Made by a program: the position numbers and the translations under genes
Assembly: GCA_041659505.1 (NCBI GenBank)
Contig: JBAZYF010000004.1
Span: 78,922 to 142,921, forward strand
DNA from: Parcubacteria group bacterium
GTDB taxonomy: Bacteria > Patescibacteriota > Minisyncoccia > Moranbacterales > UBA2206
Direction of reading: 5' to 3'
DNA length: 64,000 bases
Notes under the pieces: generated by a model
What the model saw: the letters and a program-made list of their open reading frames with translations, nothing else
Told to the model about the DNA's origin: nothing
Database searches by the model: none
Shown here: piece by piece, positions 54,548 through 62,072 of the stretch
Layout of the letters: the number at the start of each line of letters is the position of its first letter
Position numbering within the stretch: position 1 is the first letter of the stretch

Positions 54548-56014
54548 TTAATTAAAATACAAAACAATCGAAGCCAGAATTAAGCCGGCCATAAAAACGA
54601 CTGAGAGCCAGCCGAAAAATTTCACCCAGAGCGGATGAGTTTCACGACCCATAATTTTTTTATCATCACCTACTACCATAATAACAATAAGCAAGGGAAA
54701 GGCAATCAGGCCATTGAGAAAAGCGGAATAGTAGAGTGCCATAATTGGATTGATGTGGAAAAAATTCAAAAGCAAACCCACCATAATTGAAATGGTGATC
54801 ACCGCATAAAAACCTTTGGCGCGAGAAAATTTCAACTCCAAGCCCTCATGCCATTTCATTAATTCGCAGAGTGCATAAGCGCCTGATCCGGCCAGGATCG
54901 GTACTGCCAAAAGTCCCGTTCCAATGATGCCAATAGCAAAAAGCAAATAAGCATAATTTCCCGCAAGCGGTCGCAAAGCTTGCGCCGCCTGTTCGGCTGA
55001 CGCAATATCAGTAACGCCATTGGCAAAAAATATTTGCGCCGCGGTAAGCACGATGAAAAAGAAAACAACATTGGCCAAGATCATTCCCGTCGCTACATCC
55101 GTCCGCATCCTCCCAATCCTCGTGTGCATATTTTCCTTCTTCTCACCTAAAAACTTGTGCAGTTTTTTGTGTAATTTGTTTTCCTCTACCTCTTCTGACG
55201 CTTGCCAGAAAAAAAGATAGGGCGTGATTGTTGTACCAAAAACCGCCACCATCGCAAAGACATATTCTTCACTGAATTTGATACTAGGGAGAAAGGTCCA
55301 ATGTAAGACTTTGAGCCAATCCGGATGAATGATAATTCCAGTGACGATATAGGCCAAAACAGAAATCGCCAGCCATTTCAAAAATTTCACATAATAATGG
55401 TAGCCAATAAAAATTTCCAGCCCGATAGAAAGCAGGGCAAAAAAAATCGCTCCAAGATAGAAATTGAAATGCGTGAGCATGGTGAGTGACGCCGCCATCG
55501 CTCCCAAATCCGCTCCGATATTGACCACGTTGGCAATGATGAGCAAAATTACCACTACAAAAACAACTTTTTTTCGGTAGTGCTCCTGAAGCACTCCGGC
55601 CAGCCCCCGATTAGTCACAATACCGATCCGCGCACAAACTTCTTGCACGGCGAGCATCACGGGCAAAAGCCAAGCGGCCATCCAAAGAATGGAAAAACCA
55701 AATTTCGCCCCGACGGAAGAGTAGGTCCCGATACCGCTAGGGTCATCGTCCGATGCGCCCGTGATTATTCCGGGACCAAGTGCGCGAAAAAAATACCGCG
55801 CTTTTTTCCAGGGAGTAGCCATCAATTCTTTGGCCACTGACACTTCGGAATGGGCGATTCGGAGTGTTCCATCGATTGTTTTCGATGCTTCAATCTCGCC
55901 CCACAAAATCAACTTGCGCGCCAAAACCAAAGGAATGCCCAATTCATGGCGAAACTCCGAAAGAGTGAAAAATTTTTTAGGCACTGTATTTTGATCTTTT
56001 TTTTCTTGTTTCAT
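54548..56014 (-). CDS. mntH: Nramp-family divalent metal transporter with an approximately 75-aa N-terminal cytoplasmic extension resembling an excisionase/MerR-type HTH
   Basis: Nramp signature GPGIITGASDDDPSGIGTYS. 11-12 TM helices. N-terminal FFTLSEFRHELGIPLVLARKLILWGEIEASKTIDGTLRIAHSEV has an HTH_17-like pattern. Confidence 0.8.
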   Translation of the reverse strand: MKQEKKDQNTVPKKFFTLSEFRHELGIPLVLARKLILWGEIEASKTIDGTLRIAHSEVSVAKELMATPWKKARYFFRALGPGIITGASDDDPSGIGTYSSVGAKFGFSILWMAAWLLPVMLAVQEVCARIGIVTNRGLAGVLQEHYRKKVVFVVVILLIIANVVNIGADLGAMAASLTMLTHFNFYLGAIFFALLSIGLEIFIGYHYYVKFLKWLAISVLAYIVTGIIIHPDWLKVLHWTFLPSIKFSEEYVFAMVAVFGTTITPYLFFWQASEEVEENKLHKKLHKFLGEKKENMHTRIGRMRTDVATGMILANVVFFFIVLTAAQIFFANGVTDIASAEQAAQALRPLAGNYAYLLFAIGIIGTGLLAVPILAGSGAYALCELMKWHEGLELKFSRAKGFYAVITISIMVGLLLNFFHINPIMALYYSAFLNGLIAFPLLIVIMVVGDDKKIMGRETHPLWVKFFGWLSVVFMAGLILASIVLYFN

Positions 56015-56022
56015 AGGACTTC

Positions 56023-56676
56023 CTACTGCATTTTTTCTTTTTTAATTATCCGCACCACTGCTCCTAAATTTTTTACTGCATAATCACGCTCCTCGCAGGG
56101 CAAGTCGTGGTAACGCCCTTCTTTGCGAGAGAGGTGGAAGGTTGTTATCCGCTCCCTGGCTTTTCCTTTGATCTCAAATTGATCAGGATGATCGTCAATT
56201 AGGATTATGGCTTCTTTTTTTGAATATGCATATTTGCGATTTAATTCTAAAATCACATCAACTTTTTTTCTTTTGGTAATGAAAACCCGATTCACTAATC
56301 GGTCAATCCCCGCTCCTCTGATTTTAGCTTTTTGAAATTTTGGCTCGCCATAGCTAAGAATGAATAAATCTTTTTTGGGGAATTCTTGCAAGAAAGTTTT
56401 CACATCGGGAAGAAGATATGCGTTGAGCTTCTGCATGAATTTTTCCACATCTGCCTTCAATTTTTTGCCATCAATGCCTTTGCTTTTTTGCAAAGTCTTA
56501 ACTTGCATCTTGAAATCATAATGCCGGCCTTGTATTTGAGATTTATTGGAATATGTGTAATAGGAATCCTGAAACTCATCCTGATTTATCCCATAACGAC
56601 CGAAAATCGCAATAAAATCATGCTTGAATTTTTTGGTATTGAAAATCGCATCATCAAAATCAATAAATATTTTCAT
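56023..56676 (-). CDS. Hypothetical HAD-like hydrolase
   Basis: N-terminal IDFDDAIFNT (DxD). Later SYGEP and ILIDDHPD motifs in HAD order. Weak call. Confidence 0.45.
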   Translation of the reverse strand: MKIFIDFDDAIFNTKKFKHDFIAIFGRYGINQDEFQDSYYTYSNKSQIQGRHYDFKMQVKTLQKSKGIDGKKLKADVEKFMQKLNAYLLPDVKTFLQEFPKKDLFILSYGEPKFQKAKIRGAGIDRLVNRVFITKRKKVDVILELNRKYAYSKKEAIILIDDHPDQFEIKGKARERITTFHLSRKEGRYHDLPCEERDYAVKNLGAVVRIIKKEKMQ

Positions 56677-56687
56677 CTGGGCTAGCT

Positions 56688-57719
56688 TTAAACTATCTCA
56701 TTAATAATCCCCTCATATTTACCCAGCTCCAAAATCACCATGAGAACGCGTGCCAGTTTTTCGCTATCATGGCGGATAAATGCTCGCGTGGCGGCAATTG
56801 AATCTGCCTTGCTATAGATAGATCTCTTGTCGCTCAGTAAATCAGTTTTGATTATGCGGTAAGTTCTTTTTTGATCTTTATTTTCTCCAAGTTCAACCAG
56901 CATGCTTTCCTCTTCATATTTCTTAATTAAGTTTCTGCCCGGATTTTTTGTATTAAATGTTGCGAAATCAATCCGCTCTTTTCCGATCTGCTTATTGATC
57001 AGCTCAACATAATCGTCCAAAGTAAAATTATCCGTTTGACCCTTCCGATTTACTAAATTGCAATTAAACACAACGGTGGCTTTGGTTTTTCTGAGCGCGT
57101 CAGAAATTCCCTGCACCAAAAAATTTGGCATGATACTCCCATAATAATCTCCCGGACCGATTATCACCAAATCCGCTTCCAAAATTTTTTGGATGGCTTT
57201 TTTGTTTGCTCGCACCCTCGGACTAAGATAGCTTTTCTCAACCCCCGTTTTTTTAATTTCAAAATTATGCCTCACTTCATCCTCGCCCTTGATCAGTTTT
57301 CCATTCTTAAGCTCCATGAAAAGATTCACTTCCGTGTCAGCCACCGGGATAACTTCACCCTTAATGTTAAGTATTTTAGCCGCTTCTTCTACCCCGACCG
57401 AAAAATTACCTGTAATTTTTTCCAAAGCGCTGAGAAGCAAATTGCCAAAATTATGCCCCTTGAGTCCGCCTTCTTCAAAACGATAAGTCATCAGATCTCG
57501 CATGATATCCGATGAATTGCTAAGCGCAACGAGACATTGACGCACATCTCCCGGTGGAAGAACGCCCAATTCATCTCGCAGAATTCCAGTTGATCCACCA
57601 TCATCCGCCATTGACACAATTGCCGAAAGGCTGACTGGATAGTCCTTGAGTCCAGAGAGAAGCATAAAACTGCCAGTGCCACCGCCAATCGTCACTACTT
57701 TTTTAATTCTATCAATCAT
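56688..57719 (-). CDS. YvcK/CofD-family protein (gluconeogenesis factor / UPF0052)
   Basis: VTIGGGTGSFMLLSGL...SMADDGGSTGILRDELGVLPPGDVRQCLVALS signature. Confidence 0.85.
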   Translation of the reverse strand: MIDRIKKVVTIGGGTGSFMLLSGLKDYPVSLSAIVSMADDGGSTGILRDELGVLPPGDVRQCLVALSNSSDIMRDLMTYRFEEGGLKGHNFGNLLLSALEKITGNFSVGVEEAAKILNIKGEVIPVADTEVNLFMELKNGKLIKGEDEVRHNFEIKKTGVEKSYLSPRVRANKKAIQKILEADLVIIGPGDYYGSIMPNFLVQGISDALRKTKATVVFNCNLVNRKGQTDNFTLDDYVELINKQIGKERIDFATFNTKNPGRNLIKKYEEESMLVELGENKDQKRTYRIIKTDLLSDKRSIYSKADSIAATRAFIRHDSEKLARVLMVILELGKYEGIINEIV

Positions 57720-57741
57720 ATCTTTGAATTAATCTAATCAT

Positions 57742-58452
57742 CTATCCCCCCAATGCCCATCCGAAAACCTTGCGTACGGCGTTGCTCAGGACATCAATAA
57801 GTGAAACATTCGGCGCGCCGGTATAAAAAACAAATTGTTCCGAGCTAATTTTGCTTCCAGAAACATCCGTCGACCGCAGAGAATATTTATAGACCGAGTC
57901 GGCGTCCAGTCCGGCAATTACCCAGGAATGCTGTGTGCCATATGACTGCTCCTTGATTGTTTTCGCATCTGTGGTTCCGCTTTTGAAATACTCCAATTCC
58001 GCTTTTGCCCGCTTCGTCGTGGAGCAATTGATCAAGCCCTTAATTTCAGTCTTATCGCCCTCCTTTATGGAATATAGCTCACTTTTAATGTCTCCAATTT
58101 TGAGCAAAGTATTTTCATCAAAATCCACCAGACCAAAACCGGCGCCATCATCCAAAGCCAGTTGTGTCGCTTTGAAATTTTCACTAGAAAAAACCGCCCC
58201 GCTTCCAACTATTGCCTGATTGTTATTTTCATCTGTTATACCAAGAACGGTGGCTTGCTCCTGTGAAATACTCCGCACGTTAGAATTTTTCGCTTCTGCC
58301 TGGGTATCATAATAGTTTTTTCCCAAAAAAACCACGCCTAAAATTACCAGCGCTAAAAATATTTTAGACTTTTTGAATTTGGCCTTTTGAGGAGTCTTTG
58401 GTTTTTCAGGAAAATCCCCCTTCGGTCGGATTTTCCTTTGCAATGATTGCAT
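57742..58452 (-). CDS. Hypothetical membrane-anchored extracytoplasmic protein, downstream of the FtsX permease
   Basis: Basic N-terminus plus one TM helix. No recognisable family. Confidence 0.4.
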   Translation of the reverse strand: MQSLQRKIRPKGDFPEKPKTPQKAKFKKSKIFLALVILGVVFLGKNYYDTQAEAKNSNVRSISQEQATVLGITDENNNQAIVGSGAVFSSENFKATQLALDDGAGFGLVDFDENTLLKIGDIKSELYSIKEGDKTEIKGLINCSTTKRAKAELEYFKSGTTDAKTIKEQSYGTQHSWVIAGLDADSVYKYSLRSTDVSGSKISSEQFVFYTGAPNVSLIDVLSNAVRKVFGWALGG

Positions 58453-58471
58453 ACATTAAACTGACTACAAA

Positions 58472-59647
58472 TTATTTATACCGCAAGGCTTCCAATGGAT
58501 CAGTCGCGCTGGCGCGTCGCGCTGGGATCACTCCAGTTGTGAAACCCACCAGCGTTGCCACTGCTAGGATGAAGAGCAGAAACCAACCGGGAAAATACAG
58601 AAGCGATGTCGCATATCCGCCAAACCGTTGCGCCAAAAAATTAACTAAAAAATTGAAAAGTTGCCCGCCAATAAAACCGATGATAAGCCCCGAAAGACCG
58701 CCCAAAAAACCCATGATGGTCGATTCAAAAACGAACATCCATAAAATATCATAATTGGAAGCGCCGATTGATTTCATGATGCCAATTTCCTCTGTCCGCT
58801 CCAAGAGCGAAACAGTCATCGTATTGAACATTCCGATGGCGCTGACCATCAGCGCAATCGCACCAAAGAATCCCAAAATCACGCGAATTACTCCAAAAGC
58901 TTTATCCACTTGATTAATCAGATCAGTCAGCGCGGAAACAATAAAGCCATTATTGGTCAATTTTTCCCGGATGCCGGGCAAGATTGAACTGGAATTACAC
59001 TTAACTTTGAGCCGGCTAAATTGCAAATTGGAGACAACTCTATCTACCGCTTTGTTATTCATATAAACCAAAATGTCTTTTTTGTCCGTAAAACCGACAA
59101 TCTTCGTTTTCAGTTCAAATTTTTGTCCCTTTTTTTCCCCAATTTCCGGCAAATAGAGTGTTAACTCTCCGCCCAACATCTCTTGCGGTTCTTTTTCGAA
59201 AATCTTTGCCAGCGAACTGGAAATAACCGTACCATTCACTTCATCATCATTGATATCATCCCCCTCGGCAATCTTAACACCGTCCAGCCGGTTAAAGTCT
59301 GGATCGACTGCTAGAATTTTCGAATCAGAAACCAGATTATCAAATTTCATCTGTCCCATTGTTTCGTAAACCGGACTAACCCTTTCGACCCCCTCTTGGT
59401 TGGCAATTGTCTCAACATCCGCCGGACTGATCGACTTATTCTCCCCGCCCGGATAAACATCCAGCGTTAAAAGAGAATCGGCCGTGGTGATTGTTTCCAG
59501 GAGAGTTTTCTGGATTCCATAGCCCAACCCGACCAGAAAAAGAATCGCCCCGATTCCGACGCCCATGCCCAAAACAGTGAGAAGTGTCCGTGACGTTCTC
59601 GCCTTAAACATCCGAGTAGAAAGTTTTAACAGATCAAATATGTTCAT
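58472..59647 (-). CDS. ABC transporter permease, FtsX/MacB family
   Basis: N-terminal TM, extracytoplasmic domain, C-terminal 3-TM FtsX bundle. Ends DPLEALRYK. Confidence 0.85.
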   Translation of the reverse strand: MNIFDLLKLSTRMFKARTSRTLLTVLGMGVGIGAILFLVGLGYGIQKTLLETITTADSLLTLDVYPGGENKSISPADVETIANQEGVERVSPVYETMGQMKFDNLVSDSKILAVDPDFNRLDGVKIAEGDDINDDEVNGTVISSSLAKIFEKEPQEMLGGELTLYLPEIGEKKGQKFELKTKIVGFTDKKDILVYMNNKAVDRVVSNLQFSRLKVKCNSSSILPGIREKLTNNGFIVSALTDLINQVDKAFGVIRVILGFFGAIALMVSAIGMFNTMTVSLLERTEEIGIMKSIGASNYDILWMFVFESTIMGFLGGLSGLIIGFIGGQLFNFLVNFLAQRFGGYATSLLYFPGWFLLFILAVATLVGFTTGVIPARRASATDPLEALRYK

Positions 59648-59661
59648 AAATTTATCTCACG

Positions 59662-61005
59662 TTAACCAGAGTAACGTAAAAGCAAAAGTAACTCCACTTC
59701 TTTGGCGATTTTTGTCGCTGTCCTTTTATCAAAATCAAGCCCCTCATGCTTTGCGGAGATATCCATTATTTTTTCAAACTCTTCTTTGCCGATTCGATTT
59801 TCCAGTCGATCTATGAGCGCCCCGACTAGTAGGCTATTTCTAGCCTCGTCTAAATTTAACTTTAATTTAAAATTGAGATACTCCGCCAACTCCTGCGCCG
59901 TCTTATTTTTTTCTGTGAAACTGATTTTTGACGCCTGCATGACCATTTGCTGAATTTCGGCGGAAAATCGTTCTGCGATACGCTTATCCCAGCCCGCGCC
60001 GCCCTGTTCAACTGGCATATCCAAATCTTTCAGGAAACTTTCAAAATTTATTTTGGAATAAAGAAAATCTTCCAATTTTTTGATGGCTTTTTCGATCTGA
60101 TCATTAGTCATGGAAAAAAACAGATGGGAGAAAATCTGTTGCGCCTTGAATGGCACTAAGAGATTTCCTACCTGGCTGCCCGTAAGACCGCGAAATGACC
60201 GCATCAGATGGCGCAGATCAAGTGGAATATATTCCTCCTTGAAGAAATCGTCCCGCACTTTTCCATCCTTGAAAACAAAACTTTCCGCCGGTGCAATTTT
60301 TTGCTTTTTGACCAGCTCGATTTTGATTATCTTGCCATCGCGCATATGCACGATTTTGTCACCAAAGACCAAGTGAGCTGGATCATGCGTCACTAAAATG
60401 ACGGTCTTTTTGTCAATCTCATTTAAGTCTTTAAGGATCGACATCACAATGTGGGAAGATTTGGAATCAAGATTTCCTACCGGCTCATCCGCCAGGATTA
60501 TTTCCGGATCATTGACCAGTGCGCGCGCGATAGAAACACGTTGCTTTTGACCACCGGAAAGTTCCGAAGGGAATTTATCCGCCTGATTAGAAATATTAAA
60601 CCGCTCCAGAAGTTCCAACGCTTTGATTTTTCGTTCGGACATCTTTACGCCATCGAAGGTTTTGGGCAGACAAACATTGTCCAGGATAGTCAACGATCCA
60701 ATCAGATAGAAAGCTTGAAAAACCATCCCCATTTTCCGGCGATGAAACCAAGCCATCTGTTTTTTGGAATAAGCGCTGATGTCTTCTCCATCAATCATCA
60801 CCGCGCCACTGGTCGGTTTTTGTAAGCCGGAAATCGTGTAGAGCAGGGTTGATTTTCCACAACCAGAAGGGCCGAAAATGATTACAAACTCCTCGGGAAA
60901 AATTTCCAAGCTGACTTCTTCCAATGAACGCATCTCATTGAGCTTGCCCTGATTGTAGATCACATTGACTTCCTTGACTGTAATATTGGGTACTTCGTTT
61001 GGCAT
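59662..61005 (-). CDS. ABC transporter ATP-binding protein with an approximately 200-aa alpha-helical C-terminal domain of unknown function
   Basis: Walker A GPSGCGKST. LSGGQKQRVSIARAL. Walker B ILADEPVGNLD. Residues about 245-447 have no recognisable family. Confidence 0.85.
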   Translation of the reverse strand: MPNEVPNITVKEVNVIYNQGKLNEMRSLEEVSLEIFPEEFVIIFGPSGCGKSTLLYTISGLQKPTSGAVMIDGEDISAYSKKQMAWFHRRKMGMVFQAFYLIGSLTILDNVCLPKTFDGVKMSERKIKALELLERFNISNQADKFPSELSGGQKQRVSIARALVNDPEIILADEPVGNLDSKSSHIVMSILKDLNEIDKKTVILVTHDPAHLVFGDKIVHMRDGKIIKIELVKKQKIAPAESFVFKDGKVRDDFFKEEYIPLDLRHLMRSFRGLTGSQVGNLLVPFKAQQIFSHLFFSMTNDQIEKAIKKLEDFLYSKINFESFLKDLDMPVEQGGAGWDKRIAERFSAEIQQMVMQASKISFTEKNKTAQELAEYLNFKLKLNLDEARNSLLVGALIDRLENRIGKEEFEKIMDISAKHEGLDFDKRTATKIAKEVELLLLLRYSG

Positions 61006-61137
61006 TCTAGTTTATCTTTAACTAATTGCATATCCAATATTATACCACGCAACGGAAGCAAAACAAAATTATTTCTTTACGACTTACGCGTTTACCAAAA
61101 AATAAGCTTGCTGTTAGCAAACACATAAGTCTTCTTA

Positions 61138-61824
61138 CTAGATAAACTTATGCAAAACTTTTTCCGCCGCTTTAAGATCATCCGGACTGCCGATAGCATG
61201 CCAGGCCGTCGCTTTTTCCACTTTAACATCGTAATCGCGAGCCATCACGGCCAGCGTTTGGGGCAAACCAAATTCGATATCTCCGGCCTTTTTAGGAATC
61301 AAATCATAATCAAAAAATTTTTTATTCAAAACATACGCACCGGCATTTGCAAGCTTGTCCTTTGATCGCAACGGGTTTTCAATCACATCAATCATACGCC
61401 CATTTTTATTGGTTTTAATAATCCCGCACTTGCTCACATCCTCAACCTCATAACCCAGAATCGCTAGGTCATGCCTCAGCATCCGCTTCAAATCTTTTTT
61501 ATGATAGAGATCATCGCCCATAATAACCAAAAATTTGTCTTTAAGAACGCTCCGCGCCAAATGCAACGCTCCACCCGTGCCATTCATTTTGTCTTGATAG
61601 ACATAGATAATTCGCCGTCCGGCAAAATACCTTTTAAAATGCCGAATGATATAGTCACCGGCATAGCCGATAATAAAAACAATCTCCTTAATTTCTTTTG
61701 GGAGCATATTAATCTTGTGCTCCAAGATCGGCTTGCCTTTCAATTTGAGCATCGGCTTGGGAATTTCATCGGTCAGCTTTTTCATCCGTTTTCCCCGTCC
61801 GGCCGCTAGGATTACTGCTTGCAT
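61138..61824 (-). CDS. Sugar-phosphate nucleotidyltransferase (NTP_transferase family)
   Basis: MQAVILAAGRGKRM...PKPML G-rich loop typical of RmlA/GlmU-like enzymes. Confidence 0.8.
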   Translation of the reverse strand: MQAVILAAGRGKRMKKLTDEIPKPMLKLKGKPILEHKINMLPKEIKEIVFIIGYAGDYIIRHFKRYFAGRRIIYVYQDKMNGTGGALHLARSVLKDKFLVIMGDDLYHKKDLKRMLRHDLAILGYEVEDVSKCGIIKTNKNGRMIDVIENPLRSKDKLANAGAYVLNKKFFDYDLIPKKAGDIEFGLPQTLAVMARDYDVKVEKATAWHAIGSPDDLKAAEKVLHKFI

Positions 61825-61898
61825 AGATAAATTGTTTAACCAATTAAATCCTGTAATAAATCCACTGTCCTTCTGATAAGATACAACCTGAAAAAATT

Positions 61899-62065
61899 GT
61901 CATTCCCGCGAAGGCGGGAATCCAGGTTCCTCTGGCTATGAACTCTAGAAAATCGAGCCACAAGTCTGGCAAGTTCTATATTTCAGTTAGTCTTGAATTT
62001 TAATAATTCGTTTTTCTTTATTTTTCACCTGGGGTGCCTGGATCCCCGCCTTCGCGGGGATGACA
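61899..62065. mobile_element. MITE-like element, family A, copy 4
   Basis: TIRs GTCATTCCCGCGAAGGCGGGAATCCAGGTTCC / GGTGCCTGGATCCCCGCCTTCGCGGGGATGACA. Confidence 0.8.
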
Positions 62066-62072
62066 AGGAAAA

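Noticed and set aside
2601-62065. Considered whether the recurring inverted-repeat sequences are CRISPR arrays
   Set aside because: Copies are dispersed singly in operon spacers, are 95-170 bp long with terminal inverted repeats and divergent interiors, and are not regularly spaced. No cas genes are present. They are MITE-like elements, not CRISPR.
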